From a virus (Duplodnaviria > Heunggongvirae > Uroviricota > Caudoviricetes): DNA of 64,000 nt. The translations under genes were made by a program, and so were the position numbers. The DNA is taken from IMG/VR virus record IMGVR_UViG_2671180921_000012. One strand, written 5' to 3'. This document shows, piece after piece, positions 30,655 through 40,932 of the stretch. The notes under the pieces were generated by a model that was given only the letters and a program-made list of their open reading frames with translations, did not search any database and had not been told where the DNA came from. The first letter of the stretch is position 1. Each line of letters opens with the position of its first letter.

Positions 30655-30903
30655 ATGAGCGACTGGAATATTGCAGCCAAAAGTCAGGAAGAACGGGATA
30701 AGGTTAACGTAGATCTGGCTGCCAGCGGTGTGGCGTACAAAGAGCGATTGAACATACCAGTCATAGCGGAACAGGTGGCCAGGGAACAACCTGAGCACTT
30801 GCGTGCATATTTCATGGAAAGACTACGTTATTACCGCGAGCAGAGCGTGAAACTACCAAAAGGAAGTGATCCGGTATATCAAAAGGCAGATCCACAAAAA
30901 TAA
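30655..30903 (+). CDS. hot: DNA polymerase III theta-subunit homolog (82 aa)
   Basis: [36 protein letters not shown] closely matches recalled E. coli HolE. Confidence 0.85.
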   Translation: MSDWNIAAKSQEERDKVNVDLAASGVAYKERLNIPVIAEQVAREQPEHLRAYFMERLRYYREQSVKLPKGSDPVYQKADPQK

Positions 30904-30978
30904 GCCTTTTCAATAAGCTATATCACCACCAGCTAAAAAATACATTCTGACTTGCATGAAATGCGCCCTTTAGCGATA

Positions 30979-30998
30979 TACTGTATATAAACACAGTA
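30979..30998 (+). promoter_or_regulatory. LexA (SOS) box upstream of humD
   Basis: TACTGTATATAAACACAGTA fits CTGT-N8-ACAG; 16 nt upstream of humD. Confidence 0.75.
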
Positions 30999-31014
30999 TT
31001 TAGGAGGGCGTATA

Positions 31015-31407
31015 ATGGGATTCCCATCACCAGCAGCCGATTTTGCTGAAAGCAGAATTTCGCTTGACGCACAATTCATCAAACGACCAACCGCAACATA
31101 TTTCATGCGGGCCGCCTGCTCACATCTCCGTGAGGGGATTTTGCAAGGTGCAATGCTGGTGGTTGATTCATCTCTTCCACCACTGGATGGTTCTCTACTC
31201 ATATGTGCCGTAGAGGGAGAATTTCGCGTAAAGCGATACCGCAAGCATCCTCGCCCACACCTTGAGGATCTGGAAAGCGGAAGACGTGAGTCACTGCCAG
31301 ATGATGATGACAGCAGCTATTCCGGGAGTCAGGCCATATTCGGGGTAATCACATACATCATTAACGATGCCAGGAGTGGGGAATTTGATGATTGCCCGGT
31401 GATTTAA
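31015..31407 (+). CDS. humD: UmuD-prime-like translesion synthesis accessory protein (130 aa)
   Basis: GFPSPAADF ... ATYF ... similar to recalled UmuD lacking the N-terminal cleaved segment. Confidence 0.8.
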   Translation: MGFPSPAADFAESRISLDAQFIKRPTATYFMRAACSHLREGILQGAMLVVDSSLPPLDGSLLICAVEGEFRVKRYRKHPRPHLEDLESGRRESLPDDDDSSYSGSQAIFGVITYIINDARSGEFDDCPVI

Positions 31408-31479
31408 GCTGCAAAGAGCTGGTGCTTTATGCTTGTGAAGTTTATACTTGTGTACACATAACGAGTACACGAGGTGTTT

Positions 31480-31701
31480 ATGCAATCCATTAACTTCCGT
31501 ACCGCGCGTGGCAACCTTTCTGAAGTGCTCAACAATGTTGAAGCCGGGGAAGAGGTTGAAATCACCCGCAGAGGCCGTGAGCCAGCAGTAATTGTCAGCA
31601 AGGCTACTTTCGAAGCCTACAAAAAAGCGGCGCTGGATGCTGAATTTGCATCCCTGTTTGACACCCTGGACTCCACCAACAAGGAACTGGTTAACCGATA
31701 A
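31480..31701 (+). CDS. phd: Antitoxin Phd (73 aa)
   Basis: ORF 31474..31701 trimmed to ATG; [32 protein letters not shown] matches recalled P1 Phd; palindromic operator-like TGTGTACACA upstream. Confidence 0.9.
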
Positions 31702-32081
31702 TGAGGCATATATCACCGGAAGAACTTATTGCGCTTCATGATGCGAATATAAGCCGCTACGGCGGCCTGCCGGGAATGTCAGATCCGGGTAGGGCAGAGG
31801 CCATTATCGGGAGAGTTCAGGCCAGAGTTGCCTACGAAGAGATCACCGACCTTTTCGAAGTCTCCGCCACCTACCTGGTGGCTACAGCGAGAGGGCATAT
31901 ATTCAATGATGCCAATAAGCGTACCGCGCTAAACAGTGCGCTGCTATTTCTACGCCGTAACGGGGTGCAGGTATTTGATTCACCTGAACTGGCAGACCTT
32001 ACTGTAGGCGCTGCGACTGGCGAGATATCTGTATCTTCTGTCGCCGACACGTTACGTAGATTGTATGGTTCTGCGGAGTAG
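31701..32081 (+). CDS. doc: Toxin Doc, Fic-fold (126 aa)
   Basis: Start overlaps phd stop; [12 protein letters not shown] Fic-type motif. Confidence 0.9.
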
Positions 32082-32085
32082 ATTA

Positions 32086-32265
32086 ATGGCACGCAAATAC
32101 AACAAATTGTCCCGTGAAGCGTTAAAGATGCTTCTTGATGGCGTGAGTCGCCGCAAGGTAAAGCAATACCTGGTTGGTAAGCAAATTGGAGTCAGGACCG
32201 CTATTGCTGTGTTATGCCGTCAGGAAATGGTTGTGCTTAAACAGAGAATGCCGGGCAGCAGATAA
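32086..32265 (+). CDS. pdcA: Small basic protein downstream of doc (59 aa)
   Basis: ORF 32065..32265 trimmed to ATG with GGAG SD. Confidence 0.45.
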   Translation: MARKYNKLSREALKMLLDGVSRRKVKQYLVGKQIGVRTAIAVLCRQEMVVLKQRMPGSR

Positions 32266-32292
32266 AGCCCAATCAGTGATTAAAGGTGTGAT

Positions 32293-33336
32293 GTGAAAGC
32301 CGTAATTACTCCCTTTGTACAGAAAGAGCTTGGCCTCGCCACGTTCAAAGTGGATCAGGAGGTCAGAAAGCTGGTGGAGGCTGGCCGTAAATTTATTATG
32401 GAGCCGGTGCCGCGTGAGTTAATCGAGCACATGGAAGACGGCCTCGTTGTTACCGAGCAAACCATGGCAACAAATGAGGCGTTGCAGCCGTTTTTTAACA
32501 GCGATGAACTGTTTCGCCGTATTGGTGGAATTGACGCGCTGGTGGCGTGGTTGCGTAGGAAAGAGGGTCAATGCCAGGCCGCAGATCGTAGTTGGTGTGA
32601 CAACCATATTGTCCACGCTGAACGAGACAATAGCGCGGTGTTGTTGTGCTGGCATCACGATAACCATTACCGGATGCGTGGTTTTAATGAGCTGAAAGAA
32701 ACGCTGCACAATAATCGCGTTAACTGGATACTGGATGTCGCCCGTCAGGAAATGGGCCTTTCAAATAGCCATGATTTAAGTATTCAGGAGCTGTGCTGGT
32801 GGGCTTTCATGCGCAACATGATGCACCTGATGCCGGAAGAAGTCTGCCGCATATCAATAAATAAGATGAAGGCTACTCCGCAGGATAGCGGACCTCTGAA
32901 AGAGGCGGATATTCGCCCGTATGACGATCGCGCTACAGCATATGTTCAGATGATGGAAGAACGCGCCGCGCCGATGCGTGCAAAAGTATGCCCTGTGGAT
33001 GTTGACGCCGACCCTGGCATGGCGCATTTCAAAATACCAAAACTTCAATCGCTAAAATTGCCCGAGTACATGGATTTTGTGGCTTCCCGTCCATGCTGTG
33101 GCTGTGGAGCTGCGGGAGCTGGCGCTCACATTACGCCTTATATCGTTCGTCATAGTCGATTATGCGCGCATGACATTTATGCTATTCCTCTGTGCCAGTC
33201 ATGCCAGCGTGATATTGAGCGTGACCGCGATAATTGGGAGAAGACGCACGGTAGGCTGGCGATGCATCAACGATTGTTCTTTGATTACGCGCTTGGAGTC
33301 GGCGCTATCACAAGTCATTCGTCGAGCGTTAGATAA
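32293..33336 (+). CDS. pdcB: Cys/His-rich protein with C-terminal DUF968/HNH-like motif (347 aa)
   Basis: GTG start with AAGGTG SD; [37 protein letters not shown]. Confidence 0.5.
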   Translation: MKAVITPFVQKELGLATFKVDQEVRKLVEAGRKFIMEPVPRELIEHMEDGLVVTEQTMATNEALQPFFNSDELFRRIGGIDALVAWLRRKEGQCQAADRSWCDNHIVHAERDNSAVLLCWHHDNHYRMRGFNELKETLHNNRVNWILDVARQEMGLSNSHDLSIQELCWWAFMRNMMHLMPEEVCRISINKMKATPQDSGPLKEADIRPYDDRATAYVQMMEERAAPMRAKVCPVDVDADPGMAHFKIPKLQSLKLPEYMDFVASRPCCGCGAAGAGAHITPYIVRHSRLCAHDIYAIPLCQSCQRDIERDRDNWEKTHGRLAMHQRLFFDYALGVGAITSHSSSVR

Positions 33337-33337
33337 A

Positions 33338-33367
33338 ATTGCTCTAATGTATTGCTATTTCTTTAAT
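33338..33367 (+). promoter_or_regulatory. Overlapping C1 operator-like sites upstream of lpa
   Basis: ATTGCTCTAATGTATTG followed by overlapping ATTGCTATTTCTTTAAT; TTGACA at 33405. Confidence 0.6.
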
Positions 33368-33424
33368 CGAGGGTATTATATTCGACGTTGATTAGTTGAC
33401 ATGGGCTAATCAGTAGGTGACAGG

Positions 33425-33877
33425 ATGTTACTTAACTGGCAGGGACGCCACTTCATGGAAATAAATCACTCACGAATAACATCGTACGAGATTGCGGATT
33501 ACATGATCCGCACTAAATCTCTTCTATCAGCGAAAGATCTCGCAGCAATTCTTGAAAAGGAATACCCGCATCTGGATGTCGATAAGCGCGATGTTTATCT
33601 GCGCTTAAAGGCTATCGCTGTGTCTAAGTATTCGTCTGTTTTGATTGATGACAGTACACGCCCACGTAGATTTCAGATCCACTCTCTGAATCCTGAATTC
33701 TTTCGCCGCAGCCGCGCTCCGCGCCGGTTTGATGAAAAACTCCAGAACGAACTCTATATGACGCAGGACGAAAAGGAACGCCGGGAGCACCAGCCTTGGG
33801 TGATGGCGCGTCAACTTTTCAATAAGGTGGTCCGTCAGCACCGTCATTACGGTAATGCCACATCCGCACGTATCTGA
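33425..33877 (+). CDS. lpa: Late promoter activator-like protein (150 aa)
   Basis: Operator-controlled gene immediately upstream of pacA as recalled for P1 gene 10; AGGTGA SD; assignment by synteny. Confidence 0.5.
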   Translation: MLLNWQGRHFMEINHSRITSYEIADYMIRTKSLLSAKDLAAILEKEYPHLDVDKRDVYLRLKAIAVSKYSSVLIDDSTRPRRFQIHSLNPEFFRRSRAPRRFDEKLQNELYMTQDEKERREHQPWVMARQLFNKVVRQHRHYGNATSARI

Positions 33878-33887
33878 TTGATTGCTT

Positions 33888-33905
33888 GCCCGTTCCGGGC
33901 CTTTT
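33888..33905 (+). terminator. Weak terminator-like hairpin after lpa
   Basis: GCCCG-TTC-CGGGC followed by CTTTT. Confidence 0.35.
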
Positions 33906-33963
33906 GACATGTGACTTTCGTTACCCTCGCGTCAAAAAGAGTTTTATACGAAAGGAAGCATAA

Positions 33964-35157
33964 GTGACCTGGGACGATCACAAGAAGAATTTTGCTCGCC
34001 TGGCGCGAGATGGTGGTTACACCATCGCACAATATGCCGCCGAGTTTAATCTCAACCCAAACACCGCACGTCGTTATCTCCGTGCATTCAAAGAAGACAC
34101 CGGAACAGCGGACAGCCGTAAGCCAAATAAGCCTGTCAGGAAACCACTAAAAAGCATGATCATTGATCACGCTAATGATCAACGTGCAGGTGATCACGTT
34201 GTGGCTGAAATGGCTGAAAAACAAAGAGTTAATGCTGTTGTCAGTGCCGCAGTCGAGAACGCTAAGCGCCAAAATAAGCGCATAAATGATCGTTCTGATG
34301 ATCATGACGTGATCACCCGCGCCCACCGTACCTTACGTGATCGCCTGGAACGCGACACCCTGGATGATGATGGTGAACGCTTTGAATTCGAAGCTGGCGA
34401 TTACCTGATAGATAACGTTGAAGCGCGGAAGGCCGCGCGCGCTATGTTGCGTCGGTCCGGGGCTGATGTTCTGGAAACCACTCTTCTGGAAAAGTCTCTC
34501 TCTCATCTCCTTATGCTGGAGAACGCCAGGGATACGTGTATTCGCTTGGTTCAGGAAATGCGCGATCAGCAAAAAGACGATGATGAAGGAACTCCGCCTG
34601 AATACCGTATCGCGAGCATGCTAAACAGCTGTTCCGCGCAGATAAGCAGCCTGATCAACACCATTTACAGCATCCGGAATAACTATCGAAAAGAAAGCCG
34701 GGAGGCGGAAAAGCACGCTTTGTCTATGGGGCAAGCTGGCATTGTTAAGCTGGCATACGAACGAAAGCGTGAAAACAACTGGTCAGTGCTGGAGGCAGCT
34801 GAATTCATCGAGGCGCATGGAGGGAAAGTACCGCCCCTGATGCTGGAGCAAATCAAAGCCGATCTGCGTGCTCCTAAGACCAATACCGATGATGAGGAAA
34901 GGCAAACAGCCGTCGGTGGCCCTTCTCTTGAAGATCTGGACAAAGTTGCGCGAGAACGGGCCGCCAACCGCCGCGCCGATGCCGCATTGTGGATTGAGCA
35001 GCGTAGGGAAGAAATCGCCGATATCGTTGATACAGGCGGTTATGGAGATGTTGATACTGAAGGTGTATCAAACGACCCATGGCTGGAACAAGACCTGGAC
35101 GAAGACGAGGAGGAAGACGAAGAAGTTACCCGCAAGCTATACGGGGATGATGATTAA
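33964..35157 (+). CDS. pacA: Terminase small subunit / pac recognition protein (397 aa)
   Basis: GTG start; contains the pac hexamer cluster in its 5' coding region; coupled to pacB. Confidence 0.85.
   Translation: MTWDDHKKNFARLARDGGYTIAQYAAEFNLNPNTARRYLRAFKEDTGTADSRKPNKPVRKPLKSMIIDHANDQRAGDHVVAEMAEKQRVNAVVSAAVENAKRQNKRINDRSDDHDVITRAHRTLRDRLERDTLDDDGERFEFEAGDYLIDNVEARKAARAMLRRSGADVLETTLLEKSLSHLLMLENARDTCIRLVQEMRDQQKDDDEGTPPEYRIASMLNSCSAQISSLINTIYSIRNNYRKESREAEKHALSMGQAGIVKLAYERKRENNWSVLEAAEFIEAHGGKVPPLMLEQIKADLRAPKTNTDDEERQTAVGGPSLEDLDKVARERAANRRADAALWIEQRREEIADIVDTGGYGDVDTEGVSNDPWLEQDLDEDEEEDEEVTRKLYGDDD
34157..34315 (+). other. pac: pac packaging site: 4 + 3 TGATCA/G hexamers
   Basis: Hexamers at 34157, 34164, 34176, 34191 and 34287, 34299, 34310, each carrying a GATC. 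Confidence 0.85.
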
Positions 35158-36641
35158 TGGCCAGAAGTTGCGTAACGGATCCACGTTGGCGCGAGCTGGT
35201 GGCGCTATATCGTTATGACTGGATTGCTGCCGCTGATGTTTTGTTCGGCAAAACACCTACCTGGCAGCAGGATCTGATTATTGAGTCTGTGCAGGAACAG
35301 GGTAGCAAGACATCTGTTTCGTCTGGTCACGGTACCGGGAAATCAGACATGACTTCTATCATGATCATGTTGTTCATAATCATGTATCCAGGTGCCCGTG
35401 CCATTATCGTTGCGAACAAAATTCAGCAGGTAATGACCGGTATATTCAAGTACATCAAGATAAACTGGGCTACTGCCACCAGCCGTTTCCCATGGCTTGC
35501 TGATTATTTTGTTCTGACAGAAACCGCTTTCTATGAGATTACTGGTAAAGGTGTATGGACTGTAGTACCGAAGGGCTTTCGTCTGGGAAGTGAAGAAGCT
35601 CTCGCCGGTGAACACGCAGATCATCTTCTGTATATTATCGATGAAGCCTCCGGTGTCAGTGATAGAGCTTTCGGTATCATCACCGGTGCTCTTACCGGAC
35701 AGGATAACCGCATCTTATTGCTGTCACAGCCTACACGCCCAAGCGGCTATTTCTACGATACACACCATAAACTGGCCAAGCGTCCTGGTAACCCTGATGG
35801 CGTTTATACGGCGATCACGCTTAACAGTGAGGAATCACCGTTGGTAACGCCAGCATTTATCAAAATGAAGCTGGCGGAGTACGGCGGGCGTGATAACCCT
35901 ATGTACATGATTAAGGTACGCGGCCTATTCCCTAAATCACAGGATGGCTTCCTTCTTGGACGTGATGAGGTTGAACGTGCAACGCGGCGGAAAGTCAAGA
36001 TTGCAAAAGGATGGGGCTGGCTTGCATGTGTGGACGTTGCTGGTGGTACGGGACGGGATAAGTCCGTTATCAATATCATGATGGTGTCCGGCCAGCGAAA
36101 TAAACGCCGTGTAATCAACTATCGAATGCTGGAATACACAGACGTTACAGAAACGCAGCTTGCCGCCAAAATTTTCGCAGAATGTAATCCTGAGCGATTC
36201 CCAAATATCACCATAGCGATAGACGGCGATGGCCTGGGTAAAGCAACGGCGGATCTGATGTACGAGTATTATGGTATTACCGTACAGCGTATACGCTGGG
36301 GTAAAAAGATGCATAGCCGTGAAGATAAGAGCCTGTACTTTGATAAACGTGCTTATGCCAACGTTCAAGCCGCAGAGGCCGTAAAATCTGGTCGTATGAG
36401 ACTGGATAAGGGTAATGAAACTATTGAGGAAGCGTCGAAAATCCCTGTAGGGATTAACTCCGCAGGTCAATGGAAGGTGATGAGTAAGGAGGATATGAAG
36501 AAAAAACTCAACCTGCACTCACCAGACCATTGGGATACATATTGTTTCGCTATGCTGGCTGATTATGTTCCCCAGGATGAAGTGCTTAGCGTCGAAGACG
36601 AAGCGCAGGTTGATGAAGCTCTGGCATGGCTTAATGAATAA
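35157..36641 (+). CDS. pacB: Terminase large subunit (494 aa)
   Basis: Walker A-like SGHGTGKS, Walker B-like [11 protein letters not shown]; start overlaps pacA stop. Confidence 0.85.
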   Translation: MARSCVTDPRWRELVALYRYDWIAAADVLFGKTPTWQQDLIIESVQEQGSKTSVSSGHGTGKSDMTSIMIMLFIIMYPGARAIIVANKIQQVMTGIFKYIKINWATATSRFPWLADYFVLTETAFYEITGKGVWTVVPKGFRLGSEEALAGEHADHLLYIIDEASGVSDRAFGIITGALTGQDNRILLLSQPTRPSGYFYDTHHKLAKRPGNPDGVYTAITLNSEESPLVTPAFIKMKLAEYGGRDNPMYMIKVRGLFPKSQDGFLLGRDEVERATRRKVKIAKGWGWLACVDVAGGTGRDKSVINIMMVSGQRNKRRVINYRMLEYTDVTETQLAAKIFAECNPERFPNITIAIDGDGLGKATADLMYEYYGITVQRIRWGKKMHSREDKSLYFDKRAYANVQAAEAVKSGRMRLDKGNETIEEASKIPVGINSAGQWKVMSKEDMKKKLNLHSPDHWDTYCFAMLADYVPQDEVLSVEDEAQVDEALAWLNE

Positions 36642-36665
36642 CTCATTGACCATGCCGGATAGAAA

Positions 36666-37517
36666 CTATTGCGCGCTTTCGGGGTTGTCGTTTACTGGCT
36701 GCCCCTTCTTAGTTTTACGGCTGCGCGTAACTGATGCGGCTGATTTGACCTTTTTCTCTTCGCGAGTGATGGCAATTTGTTTTTTTACATTTTCAATATC
36801 TGCCAGGCGATATATTTTTGCCTGCGGCCAGCGGTCGCAGATGATCGGTTCTATAGAGTCATAAAGGCTAAATTTTGCTTTCTCGAATTCACCGTTGATG
36901 ATGATTCCATCACGGAGAGTTTCATCGCAGATAAACACACCACACAGCGGCACATGGTAACTAACTGATTTACCATCATTGTAGTTAGGGCTACTGGAAA
37001 TGTAGTGGACGCGCAGCATTGTTTCGCTAAAGCCGTGTACACGCATACGGAATTTTTCATCCTCCGGGTACTGCTTCATTAGCTCTTTTGTTGCTTCCAG
37101 GTTCTCTATGTATTTCGCACTGTGCTCATTGATCCCCGCGCTTTTCTGGATGCGAATGTCCTTATCAATCAGATGAATAATGCGGCCAGCGGTCATGTTG
37201 ACGCTGTTCACAGCTTCTGTCTGATAAGTCGTAACCTTACGCACACCGCGAAGGATGTTAGGCACAGGATATAAAATAGTCTTTGGGATATTGAGGTCTG
37301 GGTACTGTTCCAGTTCCCGCGCCATTAAAGTCCATTTATCAATTTCAGCCTGAATGCTGTCCGTTTCTTTGAACGGCAGAACGACAACCGGGCGTACAGG
37401 ACGACCGTCGCTGGCGGCATCAACGTGTTGGGCGCGTGCAACAGCTTTTTTTAGAAAGAGATCCCTGAAGCTGACGAACTCCTGGTACAGTTGTTCGCCG
37501 TAGACATAATTTATCAT
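36666..37517 (-). CDS. c1: C1 repressor of lytic functions (283 aa)
   Basis: 283 aa as recalled for P1 C1; adjacent to coi and the operator cluster beside loxP. Confidence 0.9.
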   Translation of the reverse strand: MINYVYGEQLYQEFVSFRDLFLKKAVARAQHVDAASDGRPVRPVVVLPFKETDSIQAEIDKWTLMARELEQYPDLNIPKTILYPVPNILRGVRKVTTYQTEAVNSVNMTAGRIIHLIDKDIRIQKSAGINEHSAKYIENLEATKELMKQYPEDEKFRMRVHGFSETMLRVHYISSSPNYNDGKSVSYHVPLCGVFICDETLRDGIIINGEFEKAKFSLYDSIEPIICDRWPQAKIYRLADIENVKKQIAITREEKKVKSAASVTRSRKTKKGQPVNDNPESAQ

Positions 37518-37627
37518 TGATCCTCCTCCAGAATTGACATGGCCAACAACTCACAGCGGATTACACTGGGAGTTGTTGGCCACCATTATAGAAGGATCCA
37601 ACGAAAATAATAGATTTATTAGTGCAT

Positions 37628-37837
37628 TTATTGTGAGTCTGGCTGGTTAGTGGCCATGAGATATTCGATTGTGTCAGTGAGATCATCCAGGTCGTCTTGG
37701 GTGATGCGGTACTCCTGATTGGATATCTTTGAGTAGTGTTCAGCAATGGCGCGGGCAGCGTCGGTTTCGGCGGGGTCTACAGATAAAGCGTTAGAGCAAT
37801 GTCTAACGTCGTCGATGGTTGGTGGAATGAAAGCCAT
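37628..37837 (-). CDS. coi: C1 inactivator (69 aa)
   Basis: 69-aa acidic protein directly upstream of c1. Confidence 0.8.
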   Translation of the reverse strand: MAFIPPTIDDVRHCSNALSVDPAETDAARAIAEHYSKISNQEYRITQDDLDDLTDTIEYLMATNQPDSQ

Positions 37838-38076
37838 AATTATGCCTCACTGTATTGACAACACAGAGCCTGAAGCTCTGACCTACTGTTTCACCCATGA
37901 TCCATGCTGGGGTAATCTAACAACATTGCGCTGTGTGTAAGATGAGCAATGCATAGCTGTAATGCCGTTGTATAAGGTTTCCCTGTTTGCTCATTTCCTT
38001 CTGAGCCGCTCTACAACGCTGAAGACACATTAAATAGTGAATCCAAAGTCGTATTACGAAACGGCGGCAAAACTAT

Positions 38077-38093
38077 AATTTATTAGAGCAATT
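38077..38093 (-). promoter_or_regulatory. C1 operator (Op99-type), minus orientation
   Basis: Minus-strand ATTGCTCTAATAAATTA, 16/17 match. Confidence 0.65.
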
Positions 38094-38158
38094 GTCAAAC
38101 AACTATGAAAAACAATCCAGTTTTTGGCTGGTGGAGTGGGATTTTTCTCTCAAAATTT

Positions 38159-38175
38159 ATTGCTCTAATAATTCT
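38159..38175 (+). promoter_or_regulatory. C1 operator (Op99-type), plus orientation
   Basis: ATTGCTCTAATAATTCT; opposite orientation to the site 65 bp upstream. Confidence 0.6.
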
Positions 38176-38218
38176 TGATTTTTATGCGCAGCTGGACGTA
38201 AACTCCTCTTCAGACCTA

Positions 38219-38252
38219 ATAACTTCGTATAGCATACATTATACGAAGTTAT
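38219..38252 (+). other. loxP: loxP recombination site
   Basis: ATAACTTCGTATA-GCATACAT-TATACGAAGTTAT, exact canonical loxP. Confidence 0.98.
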
Positions 38253-38271
38253 CTTAAGGGTTATTGAACAT

Positions 38272-38344
38272 GATCAATTTACCTGTAAATCCATACAGTT
38301 CAATACCTTATCAGGTCAAATAGTGATCACTTGATCATTTGATC
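38272..38344 (+). promoter_or_regulatory. GATC (Dam site) cluster in the cre upstream region
   Basis: Four GATC at 38272, 38325, 38333, 38341, three within 20 bp. Confidence 0.5.
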
Positions 38345-38441
38345 AAGGTTGCGCTACGTAAAATCTGCGAAATGTTGGCAGTGTTAGTGCTCCAGATTTC
38401 GCGTAGCGCACTTAGCACCACCAATCAATCAGAGGTGAAAA

Positions 38442-38663
38442 ATGGGATATTCAGCTGCTAAAGTGTCCACTCATCTTGAGCTTGAGAAAAACCGTGGTTA
38501 CTGGCGGGCAAAAGGGTTTGATCGTGATAGTTGCCAACTGTCATTATCGCGCGGTGAAGAGAAAATAGAACGCACGCGCGGTCGCTGGCGTTTCTATGAC
38601 GAGAACCATAAACAGGTAACGGCAGAGCCAATCCTGTACACTTTACTTAAAACTATTATCTGA
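38442..38663 (+). CDS. Hypothetical small protein between loxP and cre (73 aa)
   Basis: ATG preceded by AGAGGTGA SD; ends 8 nt before cre. Confidence 0.35.
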   Translation: MGYSAAKVSTHLELEKNRGYWRAKGFDRDSCQLSLSRGEEKIERTRGRWRFYDENHKQVTAEPILYTLLKTII

Positions 38664-38670
38664 GTGTTAA

Positions 38671-39702
38671 ATGTCCAATTTACTGACCGTACACCAAAAT
38701 TTGCCTGCATTACCGGTCGATGCAACGAGTGATGAGGTTCGCAAGAACCTGATGGACATGTTCAGGGATCGCCAGGCGTTTTCTGAGCATACCTGGAAAA
38801 TGCTTCTGTCCGTTTGCCGGTCGTGGGCGGCATGGTGCAAGTTGAATAACCGGAAGTGGTTTCCCGCAGAACCTGAAGATGTTCGCGATTATCTTCTATA
38901 TCTTCAGGCGCGCGGTCTGGCAGTAAAAACTATCCAGCAACATTTGGGCCAGCTAAACATGCTTCATCGTCGGTCCGGGCTGCCACGACCAAGTGACAGC
39001 AATGCTGTTTCACTGGTCATGCGGCGGATTCGAAAAGAAAACGTTGATGCCGGTGAACGTGCAAAACAGGCATTGGCGTTCGAACGCACTGATTTCGACC
39101 AGGTTCGTTCACTCATGGAAAATAGCGATCGCTGCCAGGATATACGTAATCTGGCATTTCTGGGGATCGCTTATAACACCCTGTTACGTATAGCCGAAAT
39201 TGCCAGGATCAGGGTTAAAGATATCTCACGTACTGACGGTGGGAGAATGTTAATCCATATTGGCAGAACGAAAACACTGGTTAGCACCGCAGGTGTAGAG
39301 AAGGCACTTAGCCTGGGGGTAACTAAACTGGTCGAGCGATGGATTTCTGTCTCTGGTGTGGCTGATGATCCGAATAACTACCTGTTTTGCCGTGTCAGAA
39401 AAAATGGTGTTGCCGCGCCATCTGCCACCAGCCAGCTATCAACTCGCGCTCTGGAAGGGATTTTTGAAGCAACTCATCGATTGATTTACGGCGCTAAGGA
39501 TGACTCTGGGCAGAGATACCTGGCCTGGTCTGGACACAGTGCCCGTGTCGGAGCCGCGCGAGATATGGCCCGCGCCGGAGTTTCAATACCGGAGATCATG
39601 CAAGCTGGTGGCTGGACCAACGTAAATATTGTCATGAACTACATTCGTAACCTGGATAGTGAAACGGGGGCAATGGTGCGCCTGCTGGAAGATGGCGATT
39701 AG
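38671..39702 (+). CDS. cre: Cre tyrosine recombinase (343 aa)
   Basis: Sequence matches canonical Cre as recalled; adjacent to loxP. Confidence 0.97.
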   Translation: MSNLLTVHQNLPALPVDATSDEVRKNLMDMFRDRQAFSEHTWKMLLSVCRSWAAWCKLNNRKWFPAEPEDVRDYLLYLQARGLAVKTIQQHLGQLNMLHRRSGLPRPSDSNAVSLVMRRIRKENVDAGERAKQALAFERTDFDQVRSLMENSDRCQDIRNLAFLGIAYNTLLRIAEIARIRVKDISRTDGGRMLIHIGRTKTLVSTAGVEKALSLGVTKLVERWISVSGVADDPNNYLFCRVRKNGVAAPSATSQLSTRALEGIFEATHRLIYGAKDDSGQRYLAWSGHSARVGAARDMARAGVSIPEIMQAGGWTNVNIVMNYIRNLDSETGAMVRLLEDGD

Positions 39703-39719
39703 CCGTTTATTTGCAACTG

Positions 39720-39736
39720 ATTGCTCTAATTATTTG
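39720..39736 (+). promoter_or_regulatory. C1 operator-like site
   Basis: ATTGCTCTAATTATTTG. Confidence 0.55.
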
Positions 39737-39752
39737 ATATTTATGGTGACAC

Positions 39753-40064
39753 ATGCGGAAGGATTTCAAAATAGACGGAAAATATGTGGTGCTGTCTGTA
39801 AGCTCTCAAATTCAGTCACCATCTGTCATTGTCACCGTAAAGTTGAGCGATAGGATGCCTGATATCGACTCGATATCTGTTGCGTTCCCCGTTAAAAGCA
39901 TGCGGAGTGCTGAACATTTTGTGATGAATGCAACGGAGGAGGAAGCGCGGCGCGGGCTTACTAGAGTGATGGTGGAATTTGGCGAACTCCTGGGTAAGGT
40001 AAACAATGCCCTTTCAATCAGTTCAGCAAGATCCAAAGCGTTAACAGCTTCCATGATGAAATAA
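39753..40064 (+). CDS. cra: Cre-associated small protein (103 aa)
   Basis: ORF directly downstream of cre with GGTGA SD; assignment by synteny. Confidence 0.5.
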   Translation: MRKDFKIDGKYVVLSVSSQIQSPSVIVTVKLSDRMPDIDSISVAFPVKSMRSAEHFVMNATEEEARRGLTRVMVEFGELLGKVNNALSISSARSKALTASMMK

Positions 40065-40088
40065 AAAAAGCCTGGCAAGGAGCCAGGC
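40063..40088 (-). terminator. Terminator-like hairpin oriented for the minus strand
   Basis: GCCTGGC-AAGGA-GCCAGGC with A-run on plus side, so T-run follows on minus strand. Confidence 0.4.
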
Positions 40089-40195
40089 TGCACAAAAGAG
40101 CGGGTTTGTATTCCGCATCCAATCAATCAAGAAGGAGTATAGCACACAGGTACTGAAGTGAAAAAATGTGATTCGCGATTAACAAAATGTCTACC

Positions 40196-40225
40196 ATTGC
40201 TCTAATTGATTGCTATAATTAAGCC
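40196..40225 (+). promoter_or_regulatory. Tandem overlapping C1 operator-like sites upstream of ref
   Basis: ATTGCTCTAATTGATTG overlapping ATTGCTATAATTAAGCC (includes TATAAT). Confidence 0.65.
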
Positions 40226-40279
40226 GCAGTTTTTGTCAACTACGAAGACGTTGCCATTACTTAACTCCTTGACATCATT

Positions 40280-40306
40280 GGCGGCCATTAGGCCGCCTTT
40301 TTTTTT
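40280..40306 (+). terminator. Strong terminator-like hairpin in the ref leader
   Basis: GGCGGCC-ATTA-GGCCGCC followed by nine T; ends 5 nt before the ref ATG. Confidence 0.6.
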
Positions 40307-40311
40307 GCCAT

Positions 40312-40872
40312 ATGAAAACAATCGAACAAAAACTTGAACAGCGCCGCGAGTGGCAGAAGGCAGCCAGAGAACGAGCGATCGCTCGGCAACGGGAAAAGTT
40401 GGCTGACCCCGCTTGGCGAGAATCGCAATATCAGAAAATGCGGGATTCTATCGACCGCCGTATCGCTAAACAGAAAGAGCGCCCACCAGCCAGCAAAACG
40501 CGGAAAAGCGCGGTAAAAATAAAATCTCGTGGCTTGAAGGGGAGAACACCAACGGCGGAGGAACGGCGCATCGCCAATGCTCTTGGCGCTCTCCCCTGCA
40601 TTGCCTGCTACATGCATGGAGTAATATCTGGAGAGGTATCTCTGCACCATATCTCCGGTCGTACCGCGCCGGGTTGTCACAAAAAGCAATTGCCCCTTTG
40701 TAGATGGCACCACCAGCATGCAGCACCGGCTGAAGTAAGAGAAAAATACCCCTGGCTGGTCCCTGTTCATGCCGATGGTGTGGTTGGAGGCAAGAAAGAA
40801 TTCACCTTGCTGAACAAGTCAGAGATGGAGTTGCTGGCTGACGCCTATGAGATGGCAAACATCATGCACTAA
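40312..40872 (+). CDS. ref: HNH-type endonuclease, recombination enhancement function (186 aa)
   Basis: 186 aa; Cys/His cluster LPCIACYMHGV ... HHISGR ... CHKKQLPLCRWHHQH. Confidence 0.8.
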   Translation: MKTIEQKLEQRREWQKAARERAIARQREKLADPAWRESQYQKMRDSIDRRIAKQKERPPASKTRKSAVKIKSRGLKGRTPTAEERRIANALGALPCIACYMHGVISGEVSLHHISGRTAPGCHKKQLPLCRWHHQHAAPAEVREKYPWLVPVHADGVVGGKKEFTLLNKSEMELLADAYEMANIMH

Positions 40873-40909
40873 TAAATATATTATTTTTAATCTGAAATAA
40901 TTGACAACT

Positions 40910-40932
40910 GACAAGTGACTTCAGTCAGAATC
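40910..40932 (+). promoter_or_regulatory. Candidate late promoter upstream of mat
   Basis: GACAAGTGACT, 5 nt, CAGAAT; same layout as prt, lyz, baseplate and lydA upstream regions. Confidence 0.4.

Noticed and set aside
30933-31244. 103-aa minus-strand ORF
   Set aside because: Antisense to humD and its LexA-boxed promoter.
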